Below, piece after piece: positions 29,353 through 39,268 of a stretch of 64,000 nt of DNA (position 1 is the first letter of the stretch; every line of letters starts with the position of its first letter). A program made the position numbers and the translations under genes. The stretch is from NCBI GenBank assembly GCA_040391235.1, contig JBEBYG010000006.1, positions 52,602-116,601 on the forward strand, written 5' to 3'. This stretch comes from Cryomorpha ignava. GTDB lineage: Bacteria > Bacteroidota > Bacteroidia > Flavobacteriales_F > PHOS-HE28. Below the pieces are notes generated by a model. That model ran no database searches. It saw nothing but the letters and a program-made list of their open reading frames with translations, and was not told where the DNA came from.

Positions 29353-30909
29353 ATGAAAGCACATCTACACCATCTCGTATTGGCGCTGTTGGCGATCATC
29401 ATTGGCAGCCCCTGTCAAGCGCAAAACATTTTCGGTAAGGAGTATCCGGTGGGACTCAACAGCGTCACTTGGGTGCGCGGTGTCGGTCTGTCTACTGGCG
29501 GTTTGATGGTGAGCGCACGCCCTACCGAAGCCACGGCGAACACCCTCGCAAGCTCGATCCTGACAACGGATGAGGTAGGTAATGTGGTGAGCTTCTCCCG
29601 ATATGAACATGGATATTCGGATATGATCACCTGCATGGAACGGATGTCGAACGAGGATATCATCGTGGGTTCAGCTTCCAGGGATCATTTCGTGCCGGAC
29701 ACTGATATGTTGATCAAAAGACTGGACCCCGAAGGAAATGTGGTCTGGTGCAAGGCCATGCGTCCGTTTGGTTCCCCTTGCAGCCTTTTTGATGTTGTGG
29801 AACCGATTCCCGGCGTCCTGATCGGCCTGGGTTATGTGGAGAATGGAATGGGTCAGCCATTGGTTTTCCGTTTCGATGATATGGGGAACGTGGCTTGGTC
29901 CCGCCAACTTGTTCCAACAGGAGGTCGGATGAAATGCTCAAGCATCGCTGCAGACCCGGCCGGTGGCGTGATCGTTTCTGGCGGTTATGTAGATACACTG
30001 AACGACTCCAAGATGGTGGCGGTCCATGTGGACATGAATGGGAATGTCGATTGGGCACACTGGTATGGGACCGGGAATTACAGTGAGGGCGAGGCTACGC
30101 TGATTGATCCGAACGGGGGATTGGCCATAGTAGGTCGGTTGGGGATCACAGGAGGGAACTCCGGAGGCTTGCACTATTCTGGTGGAGTCGTACGTACGAA
30201 TGCATCGGGGGTCCCTTATTCCATGCTCCGTTGGGGATCGGAGGTGAAAGCTGGTCATGGCTTTACCGATGGGTCGCTCTTGATCTACTCAGCGGTACCC
30301 AGTGGAAGTATTGAGTTCATCCGAATGGATACTTTGAACACGATCCAGTGGTCCTTGTTGCTTGAGGCCACGTCCTGGGGCGAAGTGGTTCCTCTTTACG
30401 GAAGTTCGCGTTTCGCCTATGCGTCATCAAAATTGGTCAGTGATATCACCATCACCACGTTGACCGAACAGCTGCAGGCATGTGATGGAAATGCACTGAC
30501 CAACTCCCCGGTAGCGTCTACATGGGAAAGCCACGCACCACTATCGGTTACAGCGGTCCCCATGCCTTTGAATAGCGTGGATGTGCCCATCACCGTCGTG
30601 CCGTTGAACACGAGCATGGTGGTGCAGTGCACGGAGTACGTAGGTGTAGCGGAGAATGAAGCGCCCGAAGTACAGCCAATGAAATGTGGTTTTGCCATAG
30701 CGGATCATGTGCTCTCGATCACCGGCCTTGACCGAGATCGCTTGCCTGTTGTGGTGAGCGATGTGATGGGGCGCCGATGGCCTGTTGGTCAAGCTGTACG
30801 CGCTGGTGATGGGGCCGTTCAGTTGACACTGCCAAGCACGCTGACTCCGGGGTGTTACATCGCCTCGGCGGGGGGTAAGGCGTGCACTTTCGTGATCCAT
30901 ACGTGGTAG
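29353..30909 (+). CDS. Secreted repeat (beta-propeller-like) protein with a T9SS type-A C-terminal sorting domain, paralog B
   Basis: About 60% identical to paralog A over the body. It is nearly identical over the last ~100 aa, including the CTD. Confidence 0.75.
   Translation: MKAHLHHLVLALLAIIIGSPCQAQNIFGKEYPVGLNSVTWVRGVGLSTGGLMVSARPTEATANTLASSILTTDEVGNVVSFSRYEHGYSDMITCMERMSNEDIIVGSASRDHFVPDTDMLIKRLDPEGNVVWCKAMRPFGSPCSLFDVVEPIPGVLIGLGYVENGMGQPLVFRFDDMGNVAWSRQLVPTGGRMKCSSIAADPAGGVIVSGGYVDTLNDSKMVAVHVDMNGNVDWAHWYGTGNYSEGEATLIDPNGGLAIVGRLGITGGNSGGLHYSGGVVRTNASGVPYSMLRWGSEVKAGHGFTDGSLLIYSAVPSGSIEFIRMDTLNTIQWSLLLEATSWGEVVPLYGSSRFAYASSKLVSDITITTLTEQLQACDGNALTNSPVASTWESHAPLSVTAVPMPLNSVDVPITVVPLNTSMVVQCTEYVGVAENEAPEVQPMKCGFAIADHVLSITGLDRDRLPVVVSDVMGRRWPVGQAVRAGDGAVQLTLPSTLTPGCYIASAGGKACTFVIHTW
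30598..30909 (+). repeat. Direct repeat copy 2 (3' end of paralog B)
   Basis: See copy 1. Confidence 0.8.
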
Positions 30910-30961
30910 CTTGGGGACCATTGCACATTCACCGTAGCGCAGTGTGTTCACCCTTGCACGA

Positions 30962-32263
30962 TCAAGGGGATGCCTCCACCTGAAAGGACGTCGGTCTCCA
31001 TTTTTCCAACAACCGATCCAACGTGATCGCCGCATAGAGGATCACTACCGGCATTATCGGAACCGTGTAGCGCAGGCGTGCCACCACGGCCATGTAGGTC
31101 AAGCACAGGATGACGACGCTCAGCACCAGCGGCCAGCCACGTCGCGGGGCATACCGCAGGCCGACCAGCGCGAGCAGGAGAAGCATGGCTTGTTCCGCCG
31201 CCATCAGATAGTCCATGAGGCCGATCGGTTTTCCGTAGGCGGAGTAAACTCCCCAATTGAACCAAAGTGGAAGGAAGCGGTAGGCGCTCAATAGAAGGTA
31301 AGTGCCCTTGTGTGCCTTGATGATCGCCATGCCCTCCTCCTTGTAGATGCGATCCACTTGGGCCTCATTCTCATGTCCGGTCAACTCGGGATGCCGGGCC
31401 AGTGCTGCGTAGGCCACCGGTCGCGCTTCATCCTCGTTGATGTAGCGATACGGATCGTTGCTCGCCACTTGATGGCTGTGCCGGAGTATGTTGTAGCCGG
31501 TCAAAGTGGACCCCACGACCACTTGGTGGAAGACACGCTCGTTGCGGACGAGCCAAGGCAGCATGGTCACGAACCAGGCCATGGCGAAAACGGCTGCGGG
31601 ACGCACCAAATTGAATGACCGAGCACCGGTCTTCCACGAATGCCAGAGCGCAGCAAGGCCAAGCGGCAAAGCGGTGGCGAGAAGTGCGGAACGGGAAAGC
31701 ACGGCAATGGCCATGAAGAAGCCGGCCAACGCCCACTGCTTCGTGCTACCGGTGCGCCAAGCCCGCAAGTAGTAAAATGACCCGAGCGTTACTGTCAGTG
31801 TGGCCACCAGATCCCCGGCGATCTCCGGCAATACAAGTAATGCGGGGAGATACAGCACCCAAAGAGCGGCAGCGATCAGTGCTGCTTGCTCACCGGCCAT
31901 TTCTCGGACCAGTCGATGGATCATCAGGATGATCAGGAGCTGCAAAAGGAGCTGGACCATGCCCGCGGACCAGAGTGAACCATGAAGCGCTGCAACCAAG
32001 GCGAAGAGATACACCGGTACCGGTTCACGCATAGCGGTAGCATCATTACCTGGACCGCAGAAAGGGAAATAGATCGGGAGGCACTCCACGAAACCCTGCC
32101 CATCAGCCACGTTCAAGATCGCGGGCCACCAAGTATCAGTCTGGTCGTCCACTATGGAAGGAGGGCTGCTGAACAAGCGCGCCAGTCCTAGCACAACGCC
32201 AAGGGATAAGATCAACCACAGAAGCCGAGGCCTGCGTGATACAGAACTGGGAATGGAGACCAT
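30962..32263 (-). CDS. Glycosyltransferase family 39 (ArnT/PMT-like) polytopic membrane protein
   Basis: More than 10 TM helices. N-terminal loop motif and overall ArnT-like topology. 433 aa. Confidence 0.65.
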   Translation of the reverse strand: MVSIPSSVSRRPRLLWLILSLGVVLGLARLFSSPPSIVDDQTDTWWPAILNVADGQGFVECLPIYFPFCGPGNDATAMREPVPVYLFALVAALHGSLWSAGMVQLLLQLLIILMIHRLVREMAGEQAALIAAALWVLYLPALLVLPEIAGDLVATLTVTLGSFYYLRAWRTGSTKQWALAGFFMAIAVLSRSALLATALPLGLAALWHSWKTGARSFNLVRPAAVFAMAWFVTMLPWLVRNERVFHQVVVGSTLTGYNILRHSHQVASNDPYRYINEDEARPVAYAALARHPELTGHENEAQVDRIYKEEGMAIIKAHKGTYLLLSAYRFLPLWFNWGVYSAYGKPIGLMDYLMAAEQAMLLLLALVGLRYAPRRGWPLVLSVVILCLTYMAVVARLRYTVPIMPVVILYAAITLDRLLEKWRPTSFQVEASP

Positions 32264-32438
32264 GGTGGTGGATCGGAGGTGTTAACAAGGAACAATGTAG
32301 CTCTATGCACATGCGGAAAGGAACTGTCTGCCGTTGCCGTAAATATTTTTCTGAAAGGCGATCCACCGCCCCGGAGCATCGAAGGTTCGACGACCACCCA
32401 TGACCAAGAGGACCATTCGCCTGCGCTGAGCTCCGCCA

Positions 32439-33080
32439 TCAATTCCTGTCCCGAACCAACAAATTCCGTTGCTCGAAGACCGATGCAGTCGTTCGATCCT
32501 TCAAAAGGTCGATCAATAGAAAAACAGCTGCATTGAGTAAAATGCCCAACGGTATGCCGGTCCAGAGGTCCATGGTAGTTGGCACCACCGTGGAGCGGAT
32601 CAAGTGGATGAAGTAGATCACACAAGGCAAGAAACAGAACCAGCTGGTGAGCATGCCGGCATTGCGAAATGTTCTTCCCTTGATGTTGAACAGGAAGGTG
32701 TGCGCGATGATGTTTCCCGCAGAGACCATCATTGTAGCGATACCGAGCCAGATGGCGCGCTCACCCAAAAGGGCGGCGAGAAGATAGAAGAGCCAGCCCA
32801 TGCCGACATTGACGATCAGGGCGCTGTTGCTGTTCAAAGGATAACGGTCCGGCATGCTGCTTTTGAACATCACGGAATTGAGCATGCCCGGGAAGGTGCC
32901 TACGATCCGGTATTCCTCCAACTGGTGGAAGAACAAGGACACCAAGCTGAGCCACATGAGCATTCCGTAGGGCGAGAGCGTTTCCCTGAAGAAGAAGACA
33001 AAGGCCAAGGTGAAGAGGGAGAGGATCCCTCCGAGATCGTACCAGTGTTTCCTCAGTAGGTCCATTGCGCTGTGATCCAC
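32439..33080 (-). CDS. HXXEE-domain membrane protein
   Basis: HQLEE motif within a multi-TM 213-aa protein. Confidence 0.7.
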   Translation of the reverse strand: MDHSAMDLLRKHWYDLGGILSLFTLAFVFFFRETLSPYGMLMWLSLVSLFFHQLEEYRIVGTFPGMLNSVMFKSSMPDRYPLNSNSALIVNVGMGWLFYLLAALLGERAIWLGIATMMVSAGNIIAHTFLFNIKGRTFRNAGMLTSWFCFLPCVIYFIHLIRSTVVPTTMDLWTGIPLGILLNAAVFLLIDLLKDRTTASVFEQRNLLVRDRN

Positions 33081-33174
33081 GCCCGGGAATGATCCCGAAC
33101 GACCAGTACTTGCTGTTAGGCAGAAAGGTAGGTTGATCGATCAAGGTCTGACTGGGGATGGCCTTGCAAAAAAC

Positions 33175-36100
33175 TCACGCCGCCACCGCCAACACCCCCT
33201 CCAGCGCTTCCTTCGCTTGTTTCATGTTCTTCACATCACTCACCGAAAGCCGCAAGGTGCCGGCCTTCTCATACACCTTGAACCTGCGCGGATGCTGTTG
33301 CACTGCACGCAGGATCGCCGTGAAGGTCTCGCTTCCGAAGAAGGGGTGTTTCTGATCGGCGATGAAGGTGCCGATGAGCTTGCCCTGCTTCAGTTTCATC
33401 TTCTCCAGGCCTAAGCGCTCGCCGCTCCAGCGCAGGCGGATCGCCTCCATCAGTTCCTGCACTTGGTCCGGGATGGGGCCGAAGCGGTCCGCGACGGATG
33501 CCCCGAATCTTTCCAGCTCCGCGGCGTCCTTCAAGTTGTCCAACTCACGATAGAGCGCGAGGCGTTCGGCGGTCTCGCTCACGTAGTCGCTGGGGATCAT
33601 CATGCGCAGATCCGTCTCCAGGATGCAGTCATCGGCGCGGTAGCGCGTGGCACCGCGTGCGAGTTGGCGGTCCTCGAAGAGTTCCTTGAAGTGTTCGTCC
33701 TTCAATTCGCGCACGGCTTCCTCCAGGATCTTGTGGTAGGTCTCGAAGCCGATGTCGTTCACGAAACCACTTTGTTCCGCGCCGAGCAAGTCTCCGGCAC
33801 CGCGGATGTCGAGGTCCTTCATGGCGATGTGGATGCCGCTTCCGAGATCGCTGAATTGCTCAATGGCCTGCAGGCGTTTTCGGGATAGGTCCGGCAAGAG
33901 GTGCGGACTGGGTGCGAGGAGATAGGCGAATGCTTTCTTGTTGCTGCGCCCCACGCGGCCGCGCAATTGGTGAAGGTCGCTGAGGCCGAAGTTCTGTGCC
34001 TCGTTCACGATGATGGTGTTGGCGTTCGGGATGTCGAGGCCGTTCTCCACGATGGTGGTGCAGACGAGCACGTCGCTCTCTCCCTCGATAAAGTCCATCA
34101 TCACGGATTCGAGCTTGTGGCCTTCCAGCTGGCCATGGCCCACGCCCACGCGCGCACCGGGCACCAGTTTGCGGATCATGTCCGCCACGAACTCGATGTT
34201 CTTCACTTTGTCATTGATGAAGTAGACCTGTCCGCCGCGCGAGAGTTCGTACTCCATCGCGTCCTTGATCACCACCTCGTCGTAAGGCAGCACGTTGGTC
34301 TGCACGGGATAGCGGTTCGGCGGCGGCGTGCTGATGATGCTGAGGTCGCGCGCGCCCATGAGGCTGAACTGCAACGTGCGCGGGATCGGTGTGGCGGTGA
34401 GCGTGAGCGTGTCCACCGTGGCGCGGATGGTCTTCAACTTGTCCTTCACGTTCACGCCGAACTTCTGCTCCTCGTCGATGATCAACAGGCCGAGGTCCTT
34501 GTACTTCACGTCCTTGCTCACTAAGCGGTGCGTGCCGATGAGGATGTCGATCTTTCCTTCCTTGACATCGGCGAGGATCTGTTTTTGGTCGGCCGCGCTG
34601 CGGAAGCGATTGATGTAGTCCACGCGCACCGGTAGTCCTTTCATACGTTCCGAGAAACTCTTCCAATGCTGGAGCGCGAGGATGGTGGTGGGTACGAGCA
34701 CCGCCACTTGCTTGCTGTCGCATACCGCCTTGAAAGCTGCGCGGATCGCGACCTCGGTCTTGCCGAAACCGACGTCGCCACAGACGAGCCGGTCCATCGG
34801 TACGGGTTTCTCCATGTCCCGCTTTACATCGGCGGTGGCCTTCTCCTGGTCGGGCGTGTCCTCATAGATGAAGCTGGCCTCGAGTTCCATTTGGAGATAA
34901 TTGTCCGGCAGAAAAGCGAAGCCCGGCTTGCTCTTGCGTTGCGCGTAAAGCTTGATCAGGTCGAAGGCAAGTGCCTTCACTTTGGCCTTGGTCTTCTCCT
35001 TCAGGTTCTTCCATGCCGGGCTGCCGAGCTTGCTGATGTTCGGTGCCGCGCCACTTTCCTCGCCGCTGAATTTGCTCACGCGGTGCAGGCTGTGGATGCC
35101 GACATAGAGGATGTCGTTGTCCCGGTACTTCAGGCGGATCGCCTCCTGCATCTGCCCGCCCGCATCGATGGTCTCGAGGCCGCTGAAGATGCCGATGCCA
35201 TGGTCGATGTGTACCACGAGGTCGCCGGGTTTCAGCTGCGTCAGCTCCTTCAGCGTGAGCGCCTGCGAGTTTTTTCGGAATCCTTCCTTCAGCCGGAAAC
35301 GATGGTAACGCTCGAATATCTGGTGGTCGGTGTAGAGCGCGAGTTTCAGCTCGCCGTCGATGAAGCCTTCGTGCAGGTCCAACACCAAGGGCGTGAAGGA
35401 CACCTCGTGCTCCATGTCGCGGAAGATGGAGTAGAGCCGTTCAGTCTGCTTCGCGCCGTTGCACGCGATCAGGTTCTTGAAGCCTGCGTTCTGCTTGTTG
35501 TGCAGGTCGCCGCTGAGGATCTTGAAGTCTTTGGCGAAGGGGGGTTGAGGCTTTTGGCTGAAGTCGATATGGGCCTCGTTGTCAGTTGCCAGTTGTAGGT
35601 TGTCCGGCGTTCTCCGACCGGCTTCCGCCAACCGCCCTGCCACTCCCCAAAACACTTTCCGGAATCCCAACAGTCCCTTTACCAACTCACTATCACTCGC
35701 CAAAAGTTCCTCCGGTTTGGCATGCTTTGATTTCTCCGGAGTCCGCGCATAGACGTCGCTCAACAACTGCAAGGACTTTGCCGCTGTGTCGCTGATCGCT
35801 TTCGGGTCGCTGAGCCAGATCACCGCATCGGCAGGGAGTTGTGCGAAGAAGGTCTGTTGCTCTGCTGCATCCTCATCCTGCAGGTCAGGGACGATGACCG
35901 CTTCGGCGAGGCGCTCCACGCTGAGCTGGTCTTGTGGATCGAAGCGGCGCACGCTCTCCACGGAATCGCCATAAAGCTCGATGCGGTAGGGCTTGTCATT
36001 GCCGTAGCTGAAGATGTCCACGATGCCGCCGCGGATGCTGAATTGCCCTGGCTCGTAAACGAATTCAACTCGCTCAAAGCCGGTCTCGTGCAGCCATTCT

Positions 36101-36609
36101 TCCAAGGTGTCGATCGGCAGTTCCTCGCCCCGCTTGATGGCGAGCGTGTTCTTCTGCATCTTTTCCTTCCCCACTACCAGCGGGACCAAAGCCTCCGGGT
36201 AGGTGACGATGGTGAGCTGCGAAGCATCCTGTGCTTTCTGAAGGGTCATCAGCGTTTCCAGCACTTCCGTGCGGGTTACGCGGTCGCCGTCCTGGTGTCC
36301 TTCTGGATCGTAAGGAGAACGCGAAGGGGCGGGGAAGAACAACATGGCGTTCTTCCGGGAATCCTTTTGATCCTTCGGTTGCAATGCCTCCAGATCGTTC
36401 ATGAAGTACGCCGCCTCCTCCTTGTCGCCGAGGATGAACACATGCGTGCCGCCGCGCTTCTCCCGGATGGCATTGGCGGCAAGCGATCGACCGCTGCCCA
36501 CCAAGCCGCTCACGCGGATGCGCGCATTCGGTGCCGACAGTGCCTCCGCAGCTTGCTTGCTGCGTGGGTCGTTGGCGAAAAGGGAGAGGAGGTCGGAGAG
36601 TGAGGTCAT
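33175..36609 (-). CDS. mfd: Transcription-repair coupling factor Mfd
   Basis: UvrB-homology N-terminus, an RNAP-interaction domain, the superfamily-2 helicase motifs (GDVGFGKTEVA, DEEQKFG) and a TRCF C-terminal domain. The start is set at MTSLSD (ATGA overlap with the upstream gene). The ORF's first 8 codons are not supported. Confidence 0.9.
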   Translation of the reverse strand: MTSLSDLLSLFANDPRSKQAAEALSAPNARIRVSGLVGSGRSLAANAIREKRGGTHVFILGDKEEAAYFMNDLEALQPKDQKDSRKNAMLFFPAPSRSPYDPEGHQDGDRVTRTEVLETLMTLQKAQDASQLTIVTYPEALVPLVVGKEKMQKNTLAIKRGEELPIDTLEEWLHETGFERVEFVYEPGQFSIRGGIVDIFSYGNDKPYRIELYGDSVESVRRFDPQDQLSVERLAEAVIVPDLQDEDAAEQQTFFAQLPADAVIWLSDPKAISDTAAKSLQLLSDVYARTPEKSKHAKPEELLASDSELVKGLLGFRKVFWGVAGRLAEAGRRTPDNLQLATDNEAHIDFSQKPQPPFAKDFKILSGDLHNKQNAGFKNLIACNGAKQTERLYSIFRDMEHEVSFTPLVLDLHEGFIDGELKLALYTDHQIFERYHRFRLKEGFRKNSQALTLKELTQLKPGDLVVHIDHGIGIFSGLETIDAGGQMQEAIRLKYRDNDILYVGIHSLHRVSKFSGEESGAAPNISKLGSPAWKNLKEKTKAKVKALAFDLIKLYAQRKSKPGFAFLPDNYLQMELEASFIYEDTPDQEKATADVKRDMEKPVPMDRLVCGDVGFGKTEVAIRAAFKAVCDSKQVAVLVPTTILALQHWKSFSERMKGLPVRVDYINRFRSAADQKQILADVKEGKIDILIGTHRLVSKDVKYKDLGLLIIDEEQKFGVNVKDKLKTIRATVDTLTLTATPIPRTLQFSLMGARDLSIISTPPPNRYPVQTNVLPYDEVVIKDAMEYELSRGGQVYFINDKVKNIEFVADMIRKLVPGARVGVGHGQLEGHKLESVMMDFIEGESDVLVCTTIVENGLDIPNANTIIVNEAQNFGLSDLHQLRGRVGRSNKKAFAYLLAPSPHLLPDLSRKRLQAIEQFSDLGSGIHIAMKDLDIRGAGDLLGAEQSGFVNDIGFETYHKILEEAVRELKDEHFKELFEDRQLARGATRYRADDCILETDLRMMIPSDYVSETAERLALYRELDNLKDAAELERFGASVADRFGPIPDQVQELMEAIRLRWSGERLGLEKMKLKQGKLIGTFIADQKHPFFGSETFTAILRAVQQHPRRFKVYEKAGTLRLSVSDVKNMKQAKEALEGVLAVAA

Positions 36610-37304
36610 TCCTTGGTGAAGAAGTGATGCCAATTGAGTTCGCGATCGACGGTGAAGAATAGCTGGCGCCCCTTCAATACGAATGGCTGCGAGAAGTCCG
36701 CGTATTTAAACCTGGAATCTTCGTTTGTCCGCGAGTTTGGGTCTATGTGTAAGTGGAGCGTGTCTCCCGAAGTGGACCAGTGTCCATTTGAGTATGTGCC
36801 TCGTGTACATTGATTGAACGAGTAGTCATAGATGCCGTTCCTTTGAAGGACCAGATGAGCGCTGTTGTCCGCGGAATAGCTTCCAATCCAACGTTCGTTC
36901 AATGCCCGGAGAGAGTCCAGACTTATGCGAATGGTGGTATCATTCAGTAGAGTGCACCAGTCGTTTGTTTCCTTGACAGCATCGGAGTTCATTCGAAAAG
37001 TGCGGATAGCCCCATCCTTGAATTTGACTTTGATGATTGATCGAGGTAAGAACTTCCTTAGTTCCTCTTTTCCCGAATTGTTCCATGCGCGAACAAAACG
37101 ATGAAGCATTGGTTGAGAAAGGGGCAGTGAATCGAAGGACATCGCCCGTTGATCCGTCGTGGAATAAAGCAAGATCCCGCTTTCGACCTGAGCAGGGTCG
37201 ATTGCTACTGGACTAAACGCTGCATTAGGCGTCCGGCATCCTTCTGTCCCCAAGAACAGAACTAGGCAAGTGATGTAGAGAATGCTGAATTGGTTCGAAC
37301 CCAT
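36606..37304 (-). CDS. Putative lipoprotein / secreted protein of unknown function, lower GC. Its stop overlaps the mfd start.
   Basis: Signal peptide MGSNQFSILYITCLVLFLGTEGC. No family recognised. GC is about 48% against about 60% in neighbouring genes. Confidence 0.55.
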   Translation of the reverse strand: MGSNQFSILYITCLVLFLGTEGCRTPNAAFSPVAIDPAQVESGILLYSTTDQRAMSFDSLPLSQPMLHRFVRAWNNSGKEELRKFLPRSIIKVKFKDGAIRTFRMNSDAVKETNDWCTLLNDTTIRISLDSLRALNERWIGSYSADNSAHLVLQRNGIYDYSFNQCTRGTYSNGHWSTSGDTLHLHIDPNSRTNEDSRFKYADFSQPFVLKGRQLFFTVDRELNWHHFFTKE

Positions 37305-37389
37305 GAACGCCTAAATGCCCGAAACCCGATACCGGCAATTCCGGGCATCGGGTTCGAGAAGGTGCAAAGGTAACTTGTGGTTTCGTCCC

Positions 37390-37935
37390 TCACTTCTCCT
37401 CCAGCCCCCGCGCCAACTCCATCATCTTCAGCGCTGTATTCCAATTCCGCGCGGTGTTCACCACGCCGATGGCTTGATCGAATTTGGCCGCGAACTTGGA
37501 GGTGCCGAAGCCATGCGGCGTGCGGAGGTACGCCACGTCATTCACGATGATCAAGCCTTCGCCATCCACGGCAACTGCGCGTATCGCTTCTACGGCTTCA
37601 GGCTTTGGAGTAGCGGCCAGAAGCGCAGCATGCAGATGCTTTCCTTCGGTGACTTCCGGAAACGGGTTGTTGTCGATCACTGCCTGCCATTCCGCGGCGG
37701 TGGGAGCGAAGATGGCCTTGTCGAAACCGAAGTGTTTCTTGCACAGCTTGGCCACTTGGGCGATGGTCTTCTCACGCGAAAGCGTGCTGCGCACCAACGC
37801 ATTGCCGCTGTTGATGTAGGTGGTGGCATGGGTGAAGCCCACCGTGGTCAATGCTTCGCGGAGCGGCGCCACGGGCAATTTCGTTGCACCGCCCACACCG
37901 CGGAAGAGGAGGAGGTAGGTAACGGGCTTTGCCAT
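37390..37935 (-). CDS. DUF1697-domain protein
   Basis: The N-terminus YLLLFRGVGGATKLPVAPLREAL and the ~180-aa length match DUF1697. Confidence 0.75.
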   Translation of the reverse strand: MAKPVTYLLLFRGVGGATKLPVAPLREALTTVGFTHATTYINSGNALVRSTLSREKTIAQVAKLCKKHFGFDKAIFAPTAAEWQAVIDNNPFPEVTEGKHLHAALLAATPKPEAVEAIRAVAVDGEGLIIVNDVAYLRTPHGFGTSKFAAKFDQAIGVVNTARNWNTALKMMELARGLEEK

Positions 37936-37970
37936 TTGAGTTGAGCGGTATCCGTTTCCGAAGGACGTGC

Positions 37971-38801
37971 TTACCTATATCGAAAGGTGTCGTAATTCAA
38001 AACTGCCCCCTCTCTTCTCCGCGATTGATTGGTTACCAGTCCGCGGTCATCATAGCCATATGTAATTTCGGAAGAGAACACCGTCTGTGGAAGTCCATTT
38101 CCTAGAAATACTGTTCTTATCGATTGGAGCTGATCGCCGTCATATGAGAATGTTCTAGTTATAGTCGGCACAGGGCATGGGTCAGTAAATTTGTATTCAA
38201 TCTCGAATTGTATTCTGGCGAGTGTGTCCAAATATTGTTCTTTCCTGTATTCAGGGGTGCCATCATAATAGCTAGTGGTTGATTTCGTTTTCGGAAGCCC
38301 TGTTGGATAGGATATGATAGAGTCTGCCCTGTACCACCATGACTGATGTGGATTGTGAAGCCTGCCTACTACAGCATGCTCATCTAGGTATGAATAGACG
38401 TGCAGTAGGGTGTCCGTGTCCTTTGTGTTGGTAAGCCTCTCTTCGATCAGGTTTCCGGCGCTGCTGTAGAAGTACTCGGTTAATGCGGTGTCGAGCTTAC
38501 TGGAAATCATGTTCCAGGTCCCAATTTGCATTCGACTCAATAGTCGATTATCTGCATAGGTCCATGTTGTCGCTGAATAAGTTGAGTCATCGACCGTAGG
38601 AAGGTATTCCTGATGGCTTATGCGACCTTCAGGATCAATTCGCCATACTTCAGCACTTTCCATAAAAGTAGAATCGTGAAAGGCCGATCGCACTTCAGTT
38701 ATTCTATGCTTTTTGTAAAGCTCACGTTGATCGATGTATTCAAATTGGGCCAATGATGTTAATGCCCGGAAGACCAACATTATGAACAGAGCTATTCTCA
38801 T
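37971..38801 (-). CDS. Secreted protein with YD/RHS-repeat-like motifs, low GC (~43%)
   Basis: Signal peptide MRIALFIMLVFRALTSLAQ. The motifs TYGYDDRGLVTN, FSYDGDQLQSIRT, YYDGTPEY and TWTYADNRLLS resemble YD-repeat consensus (YDxxGRL[IT]). Confidence 0.55.
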   Translation of the reverse strand: MRIALFIMLVFRALTSLAQFEYIDQRELYKKHRITEVRSAFHDSTFMESAEVWRIDPEGRISHQEYLPTVDDSTYSATTWTYADNRLLSRMQIGTWNMISSKLDTALTEYFYSSAGNLIEERLTNTKDTDTLLHVYSYLDEHAVVGRLHNPHQSWWYRADSIISYPTGLPKTKSTTSYYDGTPEYRKEQYLDTLARIQFEIEYKFTDPCPVPTITRTFSYDGDQLQSIRTVFLGNGLPQTVFSSEITYGYDDRGLVTNQSRRREGAVLNYDTFRYR

Positions 38802-38832
38802 TGGGACAATGCAATCATTAGTGGCTAACGCT

Positions 38833-39246
38833 CTATAGTTGTTGAACCTGTTCCAAGAACTTCTGCTCGATGCGATACCCTTCGTCGCGGTATTTGAACA
38901 GTCCGCTTGCGCCTTTTTTGAAACGGAGCCTCTTCGACCAGATTGCGAAGAGGAGTAGAGGACAGTAGCCGTCGTAAGAGATACTGCCCTCGTCTGCCAT
39001 CACTTCGAACACGATTAGTGCGCCACCGGTGGTTTCCTTGTAGTAGGTGTCGTGGTTGGGGCGCTCGATCAACTTGAAGACAATTGTTTCACCCGTATTA
39101 AAGCTGCTCAGCCGCAGCTTGCCTTTTTCGAAAGCTGCGGTGGAGAAGCCTTGCGCGCTGAACCAGCGTGCTATTGCCGAACGCTGTTGAGTAGCTGGTC
39201 GAGAGGATGTGGTGAATTGGATCCGAGGCATGGTCGCAGATGCCAA
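38833..39246 (-). CDS. Hypothetical protein of unknown function
   Basis: 137-aa ORF with no signal peptide, located between the YD-like gene and the BNR T9SS gene. Only ORF-level support. Confidence 0.4.
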   Translation of the reverse strand: MASATMPRIQFTTSSRPATQQRSAIARWFSAQGFSTAAFEKGKLRLSSFNTGETIVFKLIERPNHDTYYKETTGGALIVFEVMADEGSISYDGYCPLLLFAIWSKRLRFKKGASGLFKYRDEGYRIEQKFLEQVQQL

Positions 39247-39268
39247 GGTAAGATCACTTCGGGTCGAA

